Assembly: GCA_003154195.1 (NCBI GenBank)
Contig: PMCS01000024.1
Coordinates: 64,028 to 128,027, forward strand
DNA: 64,000 nt
Source: Candidatus Omnitrophota bacterium
GTDB lineage: Bacteria > Omnitrophota > Gorgyraeia > Duberdicusellales > 4484-171
Reading direction: 5' to 3'
A program made the position numbers and the translations under genes. Shown here piece after piece: positions 48,301-58,139 of this stretch. The notes beneath the pieces were generated by a model, which made no database searches, was not told the DNA's origin, and worked only from the letters and a program-made list of their open reading frames with translations. Within the stretch, counting starts at the first letter, position 1. Every line of letters begins with the position of its first letter.

Positions 48301-48780
48301 ATCCGCAAGCCGATAGGCTTCTTCGGTTTTATTGCCGATTATTGCCTGGGCGATTTCCCCTTTCAGGCAGGCGCTTAAACCAATCAGCCCCTTAGCGTGC
48401 TGACGCAAGAGCTCTTTGTCGATGCGCGGTTTATAGTAAAAACCCTCTAGGTGTCCGAGGCTTGCCAGTTTAACTAAATTTTTGTAACCTTCCTCGTCTT
48501 TGACTAATAAAATCAGGTGGCAATTTCCTTCTTCATTATTTTTCTCAAAACGGCTTTTCGGCGCGACATAAAGTTCGCATCCGATTATCGGCTTCACCCC
48601 CGCTTTCATGCAAAGAGCGTAGAATTTAATCGCACCGTATAAATTACCGTGGTCGGTTATGGCCAAAGCCGGCAGTTTATACTGTACCGCTTTTTCCACA
48701 AGCTTTTCGACCAGGCAGGCGCCATCAAGAAGGCTGTACTGAGAGTGGATGTGCAAGTGGACAAAGTCGCTGTGCGCCAT
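45385..48780 (-). CDS. dnaE: DNA polymerase III alpha subunit
   Basis: PHP HLHIHSQYSLLDG, GRGSSAGS, PDIDMDF, KMDFLGL, YGFNKSH. Confidence 0.98.
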   Translation of the reverse strand: MAHSDFVHLHIHSQYSLLDGACLVEKLVEKAVQYKLPALAITDHGNLYGAIKFYALCMKAGVKPIIGCELYVAPKSRFEKNNEEGNCHLILLVKDEEGYKNLVKLASLGHLEGFYYKPRIDKELLRQHAKGLIGLSACLKGEIAQAIIGNKTEEAYRLADDYLNIFGKGNFYLEIMENGIAEQVKVNQCLMKISRELDIPVVATNDVHYLDRSDSFAHEVLLCIQTQTTISDPKRFKFSSDTFYFRSPAEMKSIFAEIPQAVKNTLEITQKCNLTMEFSKFHLPHFPLPHGQSDEELLKKICYENLPRRFPGASKEINDRLDYELGVINKMGFPSYFLIVWDLIKFARENNIPVGPGRGSSAGSIVSYLLGITSINPLKYNLLFERFLNPARISMPDIDMDFCYEKRSRVIEYVAQKYGKDNVAQIITFGTMQARAVVRDVGRAMDFAYSEVDKIAKMIPQIIGHQVTLNEAIKNTPELAAIYKTDERIKKLIDVAVRLEGLSRHASTHAAGVVISDRPLIERTPLSRGSEGELVTGFDMESLEKTGLLKMDFLGLKTLTVIADTSKIIKRTRGIDIDIDSLALDDKKTFRLLVEAKTIGVFQLESRGMREILRKINPTRFEDLIAVLALYRPGPLGSGMVDDFIERKQGRKKVTYLHPLLESVLNETYGIILYQEQTMQIVSKLAGFSMAQADLLRKAIGKKIPEIMEEQRTSFVEGCKKNNININIANQIFDLIDFFSGYGFNKSHSAAYAMISYQTAYLKANYPVEFVAALLTSERNNTDKVVEYVNEAGNMGIKILPPDVNISFTNFTVTDDNNIRFGLMAIKNVGAAALESILNVRKEKKFEDIFDFADRVDSRTVNKKVIESLIKSGAMDSFGLKRAQMMALMDRLLTKDGKKIDASQLTFFETKKDKSIPEIEEWPMEQILSFEKTLLGLYVTSHPLFSYAEFIKYIKRDEIASLYEQETRQEINICAILDKVRVILTKKTGARMAILKLEDETAGVEAFVFPKLFEQTAQYLNEKSILVIKGKLEAKDKIPKILVERVIPIDQLMSHLKDIRIFIENNKLPIAELKNIFASNKGTVPVLFVFRDSKFQGLKIKSGVNIGLSPTQENLKEIGALVGAGNLALTL

Positions 48781-48790
48781 ATTTTATGTT

Positions 48791-50332
48791 TCATTCCCAC
48801 TCGATCGTAGCGGGAGGTTTGGAGCTGATATCAAAAACCACACGGTTGATACCTTTTACTTTATTAATGATTTCGTTGGATATTTCTTCCAGCACTTCAT
48901 AAGGAAGGCGCGTCCAGTCGGCGGTCATACCGTCGGTGCTATTCACGCAACGCAACGCCGCCACATTTTCATAGGTTCGTTTGTCGCCCATCACGCCGAC
49001 CGTTTTCAACGGTAAAAGAACCGTAAACGACTGCCAGATTTTTTCATAAAGGCCGTGCTTGCGTATGATTTGCTCCACTTTGCTATCGGCTTCCTGCAGC
49101 AAGCGGATCCGCTCCCCGGTTATTTCGCCGACAATCCTGACTGCCAGTCCCGGCCCGGGAAAAGGCTGGCGAGTAATGATTTGTTCGGGTACCCCCAGCT
49201 TCCTGCCGATTTCCCGGACCTCGTCCTTAAATAATTCCCTAAAAGGTTCAACGAGCTTAAGGCGCATTTTCTCCGGCAGCCCCCCGACGTTATGGTGGCT
49301 TTTGATTTTGGCGGTCGGCCCGCCGAATGCCGGTATCGATTCGATGACATCGGGATAAAGCGTCCCTTGGGCGAGAAAATTAACGCCTTCAACCTCAAGC
49401 GCCTCGGCGTTAAAAACATTGATAAATTCATGGCCGATTATTTTACGTTTTTTTTCCGGGTCGACAACGCCTTCGAGAAGCTTCAGGAAACTTCGCGAAG
49501 CGTCCACATAACGAAGATTTATTTTAAAGTTTTGGGCAAATAATTTCTGCACGTTTTCGGCTTCGCCCTTGCGCAACAGCCCGTTATTCACAAAAATGCA
49601 AGTCAGGCGTTTGCCGATTGCCCTATTAATAAGTACCGCCGCCACCGACGAATCCACTCCGCCGGAAAGCCCCAGGATTACCTTTCCCGACGGTCCGACC
49701 TGTTTGCGTATTTGTTTGATTTTTGTTTCGATAAAATCTTCCAATTGCCAATCGGCGTTGCAGCCGCATATCCGGAATAAAAAGTTGGAAATTATTTGAG
49801 AGCCATATTCGGTATGGACCACTTCCGGGTGAAACTGTACCCCGTATATTTTTTTCCGGGTATCGCCGATTGCGGCGTAAGCCGTATTGTCGGTATGCGC
49901 GAGCTTAGCAAAACCTGCCGGCAACGTTTTTACCGCGTCGCCGTGGCTCATCCAGGAAGTAATCTTAGACGGCAGGGTAAAAAATAAATCATGATGGCTG
50001 TCGATAAACATTACCGCTTTCCCATACTCCCGTTCTTGCGAAGGCTTGACTTTCCCGCCAAGAGAATGAGTAAGCAGCTGCTTACCGTAGCATATTCCCA
50101 GAATCGGCACGCCCAGTTCGAATATTTTTTTATCGATACCGGGAGCGTTTTTATCGTAAACGCTGTTGGGGCCGCCGGAAAGAATGATACCTTTGGGGCG
50201 ATACCGCTTTATTTTTTTCAAATCCAGAACGCATGGTTCGATTATACTGAATACCTTAAGTTCGCGGACCCGGCGGGCGATCAACTGGGTATACTGCGAG
50301 CCAAAATCCAGGATTAATATTGCGTTATTCAT
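48791..50332 (-). CDS. guaA: GMP synthase (glutamine-hydrolysing)
   Basis: [31 protein letters not shown]. Confidence 0.98.
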   Translation of the reverse strand: MNNAILILDFGSQYTQLIARRVRELKVFSIIEPCVLDLKKIKRYRPKGIILSGGPNSVYDKNAPGIDKKIFELGVPILGICYGKQLLTHSLGGKVKPSQEREYGKAVMFIDSHHDLFFTLPSKITSWMSHGDAVKTLPAGFAKLAHTDNTAYAAIGDTRKKIYGVQFHPEVVHTEYGSQIISNFLFRICGCNADWQLEDFIETKIKQIRKQVGPSGKVILGLSGGVDSSVAAVLINRAIGKRLTCIFVNNGLLRKGEAENVQKLFAQNFKINLRYVDASRSFLKLLEGVVDPEKKRKIIGHEFINVFNAEALEVEGVNFLAQGTLYPDVIESIPAFGGPTAKIKSHHNVGGLPEKMRLKLVEPFRELFKDEVREIGRKLGVPEQIITRQPFPGPGLAVRIVGEITGERIRLLQEADSKVEQIIRKHGLYEKIWQSFTVLLPLKTVGVMGDKRTYENVAALRCVNSTDGMTADWTRLPYEVLEEISNEIINKVKGINRVVFDISSKPPATIEWE

Positions 50333-50504
50333 ATTTTAACCTGCGAGTTATCCATAATTTATTACAGCGCATCCTTCAAAGGGGAAAGTTTGAAAACCGC
50401 AGGTTTTCGAAACAGATAAAAAAATTCCGTCGATGAGAAACGTAATACAGGCGCAAACTATCTCCTAGTTTTACCGGAAGAAACGCCGTTCGTAAGGAAT
50501 TTTT

Positions 50505-51665
50505 TTATTTGCCCATCCCTACTCGCTGTACAGCCTGGAAAAGTTTTCCTTCGGTTTGTATCGACGGGGCAATGATAATTTCCACAAAATGCATATCTTT
50601 AATCATCCTGGCTCCCAGGGAACCCATCGAAGTGGCCAACGCGCCCATCAGGTTTTGCGAACCGTCGTCGACAACCGCCGGGCCGAATAATATACTTTCC
50701 AGATTTCCCGATACGCCTACTTCGATTCTTGTCCCCCTCGGCAGATTTCCGTGGCTGGTAGCCATGCCCCAGTGAAACCCCCTGCCGGGAGCTTCTTTGG
50801 CGCGGGCAAAGGCCGAGCCGATCATTACCGCATCGGAACCGCAGGCAAACGCTTTACACACATCGCCGCCGCGCCGCATCCCGCCGTCGGTGATTATCGG
50901 TACATATTTACCGGTTTTTTGATAATAAAAATCTCTTGCCGCGGCGCAATCGATTGTCGCGGTAACCTGCGGCACGCCGATACCCAGTACCCCTCTTGTC
51001 GTACACGCCGCGCCCGGCCCAACCCCGACCAATATCCCGGAGCACCCGGTTTCCAGTAATTCCACCGTGACATCATAAGTAACGCAATTTCCCAGAATTA
51101 CCGGAACTTTGCGTTCGGAGCAGAATTTTGTTAAATCAAGAGGCGTGTATTTAGTTGAAACGTGATGGGCGGTGGTTACGGTCGACTGGACTACGAAACA
51201 ATCCACTCCGGCTTCTTCGGCCAACAGCGCAAACTTAGCGGCATTTTGTGGTATGCAGCTTACTGCGGCATAACCGCCCTTTTCTTTTATTTCCGCGACG
51301 CGCTTGGCGACAAGTTTTTCTTTTATCGGAGTGGTATATATCTTTTGAATTAAATTAGTCGCTTCCTGCGGGGAAGCTTTGGCAATATCTTCCAATACCG
51401 ACCGGGGATTATCATAACGGGTCTGGACGCCGTCTAAGTTTAAAACCGCGATGCCGCCGAGTTTGGACATGGCGATGGCAAATTCGACATCAACTACCCC
51501 GTCCATCGCCGCGGCGATAATCGGAATATTGAATTTTTTTCCGCTCAATTCCCAACTGGCATCAACCTCTTCGGGATTTAAAGTAACCTTGCCCGGGGCA
51601 AGGGCAATTTCGTCAAAACCATAACAACGCCTCGCGCGCCTGCCGATTCCTACCCATTCTGCCAT
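50505..51665 (-). CDS. guaB: GuaB3-type IMP dehydrogenase family protein (no CBS domains)
   Basis: GVGPGAACTTR catalytic Cys loop, ITDGG, HWGMA; directly upstream of guaA. Confidence 0.9.
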   Translation of the reverse strand: MAEWVGIGRRARRCYGFDEIALAPGKVTLNPEEVDASWELSGKKFNIPIIAAAMDGVVDVEFAIAMSKLGGIAVLNLDGVQTRYDNPRSVLEDIAKASPQEATNLIQKIYTTPIKEKLVAKRVAEIKEKGGYAAVSCIPQNAAKFALLAEEAGVDCFVVQSTVTTAHHVSTKYTPLDLTKFCSERKVPVILGNCVTYDVTVELLETGCSGILVGVGPGAACTTRGVLGIGVPQVTATIDCAAARDFYYQKTGKYVPIITDGGMRRGGDVCKAFACGSDAVMIGSAFARAKEAPGRGFHWGMATSHGNLPRGTRIEVGVSGNLESILFGPAVVDDGSQNLMGALATSMGSLGARMIKDMHFVEIIIAPSIQTEGKLFQAVQRVGMGK

Positions 51666-52070
51666 ATAACACCTCCGTTATTTTTTGCTGCGCAAAAAAT
51701 AAATGTCATTAAAAAACTTACTCGCCACAAATAATGAAGCTCCACGCCCTTACAACTGCGGTCTTCTAGTGCATGGATAGATGTCGTTAACCGAAAATAC
51801 CGCTTGCCGCGGGGTAGGCGTTAAACACATTTTTTCGACCATAGATTAATTATTTATTATATCAGAATAAAATAAAATAGGAAGTTTTTCGAGATTTTTT
51901 ATAATTGCGTTTTTATTTTAAAGGAAGCTGGGAAGTTTTGGAAAAATAAGGAGGAACAAACCGTAAAATACTTTTATCCCCGATCGTCAATTGCGCGGAT
52001 TTAAAGAATTGAAGAATAAAGCTATCTCGACGAACCGATTATTTTTATCCCTACAAACATCCCTCAAGTG

Positions 52071-52135
52071 AGACAAAACAAGTCTGACTTAAAGCGTATC
52101 ATATGATACAAAAAAGGTCTGACTTAAAGTGTCTT
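52071..52135. promoter_or_regulatory. 13-bp direct repeat pair around a central palindrome
   Basis: GTCTGACTTAAAG at 52082 and 52117, flanking GTATCATATGATAC. Confidence 0.5.
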
Positions 52136-52181
52136 GTTTGGCGGAAAATCAGTGGATATTCTTGGGGTTTTCTTTTAAACC

Positions 52182-54059
52182 TTAATCGTCAAAATCCTTG
52201 ATATGTTTTTTAGCCTCATCCCCTTCTTTTGACTGGCCGCAGAACCTATCGAGGCTGTCGTGGAATTCTTTGTGTTCGTCGTCTTTATCTTTGCCGTGGT
52301 CAAAACGGTCTTTGGAAGAGAATACTTTTTTGATAATATCCGTGCCTTCAAAGATTAGGCCGTTCTTGAGTTTGCCGGTGACAACGAAGGTAGTGTCAAT
52401 GGGTTTTTGGGTGATGTCCTGGCGCCGGAAGATAAGAATGGCCCCTTTGTCGCGGCAGGAGATTATTTTTAAAGCTTTAGCCCCATCGCAGGAAGCTTCG
52501 GCTATCGGCTCGTTTTGATAAGGCGAAGGCAGCCGGACAAGGGCGATAAAGATTCCTTTGTTTCTTAAGAATACTTCCGGTTTGATGGTTACTTCGGCTT
52601 TGATTTTAGCAATCGGGGAAACAGTAAAAGTTATTGGCCTGGTGGTGGTATTGCCGACTTTATCGGTTGCGTTAATGATTAAAGAATGTTGGCCAGCCGA
52701 AGGAGTAATCTGGGTCTGGTTGGTTATATCCGTCGTATTGTCGAGAGTGACGGTTTTAGCGGCAATGCCGGAGAGATTGTCGGTTGCCGTCCAGGTTAGG
52801 GGGATTGCTTGGCCGGACACGTAGCTTTTTTGGTCAATCGGAGAAACTAAATTGATAGTTGGGCCAGTTTTGTCCAGATTGACGGTTACGGAAGCAGTTG
52901 CTTCGTTGTCGGCAATATCAAGGGCTACACCTTTGACTACCTGGCCGGAACCTTCGGTGGAAATAACTCCCGACGTGGGAGTGACGGTGACTGATTTAAC
53001 GCCGGAAAGTTTATCGGTAGCGTCGAAAGACACGGTTACGTCGCTCTTATTCCAGCCGGCAGGGTTGGGCTGGGGCGAGACCTTAGCGGCGATGAGGGGA
53101 AGGGTTTTGTCGAGTTTGATTTCGGTGGTTAGTTGGCCGGTGTCATTGCCTTCTTTGTCCGAAGCGCCGTAACGCATTAGGTTAATTCCTTCGATAGAAA
53201 ATGGAATAACAGTCTGAGTATTTTTAACAAATGTCGTTTTTGCATTAAGATAAGGAAAACTGTAGGTTATTTCCCTTATTCCTGATCCTCCTTCGTTATC
53301 CTGCGCGGTCAAGGTTATGGTTAAATCCTGATTATACCAACCGACAGGGTTAGGGCCAGGTTTAATATCTATTTGGCAGGTAGGTGGGGTGGTTTCTTTG
53401 GGGCGGATACCACTTGGCAGAGATACCTCCACGGCAATCTGACCGGTTACGTTGCCGCTGGTAACAGCAATTGTAGTTTTACCAAGATTCAATGGTTTTA
53501 TGTTGCCCTGGTTGTCTACAGAAACAACCGTTGCGTTGCCCGAAGTAAACGTTAATTTATCATAGGAAATTTCACGCGTAATGTTATCAGCATAAACGCC
53601 TTCTAAGTAAATATGGTCTTTTTCATCAGGTTTAACGTTGCTATTCCAGTCGGTTTCATAATAAAATGTACGGTAATCGCCAAAATCAAAACCAACCAAA
53701 GGAGCGGTTGGTTTAACGATAATAGATACTGTATCCATGGCGCCGTTTTGCGCAGCGTCACCGACGGCGATACCAATAGGAATAGTCCCCCCTGCCTTTA
53801 AGGGGATGGGAACAGTAAAAGAGGCCGGTAGGCTATTGAATTGATCGGCGTAAAATTGTCCTACCCCGATAGTCCCCCAATTAGCGTTAAATCCGTCAAC
53901 CGCTTCAGCCCTTACAATGATATTTTCTCCCGGAATTACTGCGGTGCCGTTTTGGGGTTCGGTTATTTTTACCCCCGGCGCCGCGAAAGATTGGTATATA
54001 GATAAATATAGGAATATGAAAGAAAAAAATAAAATGTTACTGAAAAATTTGATATTCAT
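52182..54059 (-). CDS. secreted multi-Ig-like domain protein
   Basis: Signal peptide; Big_2-like segment (FTSGNATVVSVDNQG); repeated GWYN/GWNK..D..SG..DKT beta-sandwich modules. Confidence 0.8.
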   Translation of the reverse strand: MNIKFFSNILFFSFIFLYLSIYQSFAAPGVKITEPQNGTAVIPGENIIVRAEAVDGFNANWGTIGVGQFYADQFNSLPASFTVPIPLKAGGTIPIGIAVGDAAQNGAMDTVSIIVKPTAPLVGFDFGDYRTFYYETDWNSNVKPDEKDHIYLEGVYADNITREISYDKLTFTSGNATVVSVDNQGNIKPLNLGKTTIAVTSGNVTGQIAVEVSLPSGIRPKETTPPTCQIDIKPGPNPVGWYNQDLTITLTAQDNEGGSGIREITYSFPYLNAKTTFVKNTQTVIPFSIEGINLMRYGASDKEGNDTGQLTTEIKLDKTLPLIAAKVSPQPNPAGWNKSDVTVSFDATDKLSGVKSVTVTPTSGVISTEGSGQVVKGVALDIADNEATASVTVNLDKTGPTINLVSPIDQKSYVSGQAIPLTWTATDNLSGIAAKTVTLDNTTDITNQTQITPSAGQHSLIINATDKVGNTTTRPITFTVSPIAKIKAEVTIKPEVFLRNKGIFIALVRLPSPYQNEPIAEASCDGAKALKIISCRDKGAILIFRRQDITQKPIDTTFVVTGKLKNGLIFEGTDIIKKVFSSKDRFDHGKDKDDEHKEFHDSLDRFCGQSKEGDEAKKHIKDFDD

Positions 54060-54085
54060 TTTCCTTCTCCCGTTTTTACGATAAA

Positions 54086-57067
54086 TTATTTATCAAATAG
54101 GTTACTCTCATTATTAGCGTTTAAAAGTTCGATTACGTGGCCTAAGGTATCATTTGTCGCTACATCTGTGTGGTGCTGCCATAACCTGTAAGATGCCGGT
54201 ATGGATAAGTTACCCTGTTGGCTATCAATTGACACCACAAGGTCTGAACCGGAGATTACATTAGAAATCACAGGGTAGCCGCTTTCTTCTAAAACATTAT
54301 GGATATCGTGATAATCTTTAGGTAAACCGACAATAATATATAAAGTATTACCGTTAGAATCTATTCTTGTTTGGATAGAATAGTCAGCATAGTGGCCGAT
54401 AATGCTATGCCGAGGAGTATTGATTCCTATCGAATTAATTTTTTGCATTGCCGGGCTTGTAGTCATCAGGTCTTCCACTGCGCCTTTAATAATGGACCGT
54501 CCAAAAAATTCCATAAGTGATAATAGAACATGGGCTTTCAGGCAGTGCGGGCCATTTCTGCAAGCTATCCCTGCATCCGCTAAGAAACTTCCTTTAAGTG
54601 GAGAATCAAGAGTGATAAGCTTATGGATGTCGCCAGCCCAAAAGTTTTTATTACTCAAATAAGCATAGTCGCCAGCTTCCGCCCATATTTTTGCCAACAC
54701 CCCCCCCATGCTATGACCAATAATATCTATTTGGACCATAGAAATTTTATGTTGTTTTAAATCATTCTTAGCAGTAATTATAGCTTTTTTTATCACTTCT
54801 TTATTTGTTTCAAAAGATACATCATTAGGATAATTAGGTTTAAAAATGCGAATTTTTTCAAAAGAGTTGGCTAAGGCGGTGTGAAAATCATACCCATCAT
54901 CTCTTTCTCCGCCCGTCCACATTTTAGAGCTCGACCACAACCCATGCACCAGCACCACCGGCGGACGGACGAGTTTGATTGGTTTGGTAAAACTTGAATT
55001 TGAGGTTGCGCCGGTAATATCGACTTGTAAGTTTAAGATTCTTTCCGAAGTATGTAAATCATCGATATTGTTTTGTCTTACAAAATTCTCCGGGGCCTGG
55101 TATATGGCGAAAGCGTAGTCTTTGCCGTTTACGTTTACGCTGTTGACGGCTATAGAATTACCTTCCTGTATCGGCCTATCATCAGGGGTCCGGTCGGTGG
55201 AACGAAGCAAGCCGTCTTCATTGGGAATACCGGTACCTTGAAGGGTAAAGTTTACCTGGCCGGGCGCATCGAGAGGCTGCCGCAGTAATAATCGGGTTAC
55301 CCCGTCGGTTACTCCTCCTTCGACCGGGGTACCGCCTTGGGCGAGCGTATTGACATCACCAGTCACCTCGCTTCCCATACTGTAATCGGAACCGTCAAAG
55401 AAGATCCCGACTTCGCCTTTTACCGGGAATGTCACGACTTCGAACCCGGGATAGCAATCTTTCTTTTCGGTCGAGATGAATATGGAGTAATTTCCGATTT
55501 TCGAGGTCTTTTCCAGTACCGCTTCGTAGAGGCCGGTTGATTTTTCGGTAAAGGAAAGAGGCTCGTTCTCGCTTTGCGAAGGAATCCGGGCGTAGCCGGT
55601 GATGGTATCTACCGAGGTCCGCCGGAGCGGGATAAACCGTTCGGCGGTTTCACAGGTGATGGTTACTTTATCGCCGGTTTCATATTCAGGCTTGTCGACA
55701 GTTACTTTAATATCGAGCCATCTTTTAGAAATAGGGATTAACTGCCGGACTTTGTCCTGTAAGCCGTCCGGCTGGGTGATGGTAAGGGTTACGAAGTAAT
55801 AACCTTCCTGGTCATAGCGATGGGTTACCTCGGCTCCTTGGGCAGTACCGCCTTCGCTGAATTCCCAGAGATATTGCGCAATGGGCGAAGAACCGGAAAG
55901 CGGGGGACTTGCCTTGAATACCACATCGAGGCCGAGGATGAAGGAAGAGAGTGGATAGTTAGGGACGCCGTAATCGAACTGCGCCCGGGGGTATGATTTT
56001 GGCGTAACCGCAGGCCTATCGTAGGGAACCGACGATATTTTAAGACCGTCGAAAAAAAGCGGTATGGAAAGGGAGGCGTGCGGAGATATCATTTCATAAG
56101 CGATATCGGAACATTGGAAAAAAACGTATTCACCGGAGGCAAAGACAAGATTTGTCCAGGACGCGCGGGCATTGATTACACTATACCATACCCTATGCCC
56201 AGCCGATAACCAAGACCCTACCTCATCGGAATGAGAAATAACTCCGCTGCCGGAACCACCTTTAAGAGACAAAGAATAATATGGGGAACGCATCAGCGGC
56301 CTCTGACTTCCCCATTCATCCTGCACGAACCAGTAGTCGAAAGACTGGTTAGAAAATATAGCACCGAGGGAAGGAAGTTCTATTTGCACAAGCCTTCCGG
56401 CCATCCACCAGCCGCTGACATTATCCTTTTTATCGCAATTCCATTCTTCTTGTCCGGAAATATTAAGCGAAGGGTATTCTAAGGAGTAATCGAGCTTTAC
56501 CGAGTAATCCGCGGTGGTCAGAAGATGACCAGGTGCACCGTATAAATAGCAGCTAAAATCTGCCGTTGCGATCGCGTCGGTAAGGCTAAAGGGTGGTTCG
56601 AACGACTCAGGAATAGTAATCGTCAGGCCGCCGTATCCGCCGCTGTGAGAGCGAGTCCCGCTTAAGGAGCCGCTGAACCCGGAAAGGAGGCTTTTCAGGT
56701 CGATTTCCGTACGCTCGAAGGTAACGTTAAGCGTGCGGGTTACGCCTTCGCCGATATAGACGGGTATTTCCTGAAGCATTCCGTTGAATTCAACGCCGAT
56801 GAGGTGGCTTCCCGGGAAAACGGCAATCTTTATACCGGCGTAACCGATTAACGCGCCGGAGTCGTAGACTGTTACGGCATTATAAGAAAAATGCGCGATA
56901 TTGATGATTTCCGCGCCTTCCGGGTTTAAGGCGCGAACGATTAAATAGCTGGGCTGGGGAGGCGGAGATTGCGGGAAAGCAGGGAAAACGCTAAAACCTA
57001 GCGCCAATAAAACCGACAGACAAAACGTTTTGAGGAGTTTTGAGGGAATATTCATAATTCTTGCCAT
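54086..57067 (-). CDS. secreted PKD-domain protein with a C-terminal alpha/beta-hydrolase (lipase/esterase) domain
   Basis: Signal peptide; PKD (YLWEFSEG..HRY..G.Y.VTLT); PVVLVHGLW, nucleophile elbow GHSMGG, DLVV and a C-terminal His. Confidence 0.85.
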   Translation of the reverse strand: MARIMNIPSKLLKTFCLSVLLALGFSVFPAFPQSPPPQPSYLIVRALNPEGAEIINIAHFSYNAVTVYDSGALIGYAGIKIAVFPGSHLIGVEFNGMLQEIPVYIGEGVTRTLNVTFERTEIDLKSLLSGFSGSLSGTRSHSGGYGGLTITIPESFEPPFSLTDAIATADFSCYLYGAPGHLLTTADYSVKLDYSLEYPSLNISGQEEWNCDKKDNVSGWWMAGRLVQIELPSLGAIFSNQSFDYWFVQDEWGSQRPLMRSPYYSLSLKGGSGSGVISHSDEVGSWLSAGHRVWYSVINARASWTNLVFASGEYVFFQCSDIAYEMISPHASLSIPLFFDGLKISSVPYDRPAVTPKSYPRAQFDYGVPNYPLSSFILGLDVVFKASPPLSGSSPIAQYLWEFSEGGTAQGAEVTHRYDQEGYYFVTLTITQPDGLQDKVRQLIPISKRWLDIKVTVDKPEYETGDKVTITCETAERFIPLRRTSVDTITGYARIPSQSENEPLSFTEKSTGLYEAVLEKTSKIGNYSIFISTEKKDCYPGFEVVTFPVKGEVGIFFDGSDYSMGSEVTGDVNTLAQGGTPVEGGVTDGVTRLLLRQPLDAPGQVNFTLQGTGIPNEDGLLRSTDRTPDDRPIQEGNSIAVNSVNVNGKDYAFAIYQAPENFVRQNNIDDLHTSERILNLQVDITGATSNSSFTKPIKLVRPPVVLVHGLWSSSKMWTGGERDDGYDFHTALANSFEKIRIFKPNYPNDVSFETNKEVIKKAIITAKNDLKQHKISMVQIDIIGHSMGGVLAKIWAEAGDYAYLSNKNFWAGDIHKLITLDSPLKGSFLADAGIACRNGPHCLKAHVLLSLMEFFGRSIIKGAVEDLMTTSPAMQKINSIGINTPRHSIIGHYADYSIQTRIDSNGNTLYIIVGLPKDYHDIHNVLEESGYPVISNVISGSDLVVSIDSQQGNLSIPASYRLWQHHTDVATNDTLGHVIELLNANNESNLFDK

Positions 57068-57133
57068 AGATATACCACCTTGGAATGAATCGCCCCACCC
57101 TTATATACAGGGGACCTCCCGTAGTATTAGAGA

Positions 57134-58126
57134 TCAGGCCGGATTAGGGATACTTTCCAACCGCTTCAAAAGTATTTCCACCACCTTTTTTCTATTTTCT
57201 TGATTGTCGGATATTAACCCTGTATCGTTGGGGGTTTTTTCGGGAATAATCGGCGTTTTATTCGAAAATAAAACGCCGATGAGATTGTCGGTTTGCGCGT
57301 CAATTTCTTTATAGTCATCCGTATAGAAAAATTCGCCGTCAAGATTAGGTTTGTTGCCATCGCCGAGGATAAATATATCGCTCTCCTTCGTAAAACAGCG
57401 GCCGACGCCGGTTATTGCTTCGTCAAAAAAATCAATATTCGGCATCCACCCGCTATCGATAAAAATTGCTTCGGCCGGGAATATTTTTAGCGGCACGATC
57501 TTTAACGCTTTGACACAGCCTTCGCCGATCGCTTCTTCAATCGAAGCATTCAGGTAAAGCTGTATCCCACGTTCATTCAAGGCGGTAGCTACCCGATTCG
57601 CGTCTTCGCCGAGGAAATCCAGCGCGGGAGCGACAATCCGCACTTCTTTTTTCAGAATCCGCAGGGTTACGGCGAGTTTTAACCCAAGCATCGATGATAC
57701 GTAGACAGCGGTATCGTTATTGAATTTCAGAAGGTCGCGTACTTTGTAGGGGTCAATATCGGAAAAATAAAAAAAACCTTCCCGATGCTCGCCGTTGACG
57801 GAAATCTTTTTTGATTTTAACCCCGAAGCCAGTACCAGCATCTGGAAAGAAAGCGGTTCGCCTTCTTTCAGGTAAATCTTTTTTCTTTTCGGATTAATTT
57901 TCTCGACCTGGCAATTAATAAACTCGATGTTGTACTCTTTCGCGAAATCATTGAGGCCGATTGTTTCTTTATGCGACAGCGATTCAAGGTAAGTGACGTT
58001 ATCGAAGTAAAATTGGCGCTTGTCGATAAGCGTAATTTTCATTTCGGTATTTTTGCCGCGTATTTTTTTTATCAGGTTAAGCCCGGAATAACCGGCGCCC
58101 AAGATGGTAATTTCTTTCATTTCCAT
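57134..58126 (-). CDS. FAD-dependent pyridine-nucleotide-disulfide oxidoreductase-like protein
   Basis: ILGAGYSG, LVLASG, IFILGD; the second Rossmann motif is degenerate. Confidence 0.75.
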   Translation of the reverse strand: MEMKEITILGAGYSGLNLIKKIRGKNTEMKITLIDKRQFYFDNVTYLESLSHKETIGLNDFAKEYNIEFINCQVEKINPKRKKIYLKEGEPLSFQMLVLASGLKSKKISVNGEHREGFFYFSDIDPYKVRDLLKFNNDTAVYVSSMLGLKLAVTLRILKKEVRIVAPALDFLGEDANRVATALNERGIQLYLNASIEEAIGEGCVKALKIVPLKIFPAEAIFIDSGWMPNIDFFDEAITGVGRCFTKESDIFILGDGNKPNLDGEFFYTDDYKEIDAQTDNLIGVLFSNKTPIIPEKTPNDTGLISDNQENRKKVVEILLKRLESIPNPA

Positions 58127-58139
58127 AGCTTAGTTATTT

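Noticed and set aside
45385-48780. Intein or split in dnaE
   Set aside because: 1131 aa is normal length, motifs are contiguous and no splice-junction signature is seen.
50333-50504. Purine, ZTP or PRPP/ppGpp riboswitch around guaB-guaA (also 51666..51840)
   Set aside because: The region is structured but lacks the conserved cores of those classes as read by eye, and parts match dispersed repeats. An Rfam scan would be needed to exclude them fully.
51961-52072. Possible integrase 3' remnant at the island edge
   Set aside because: No recognisable recombinase motif in the plus-strand frame I translated; too short to support.
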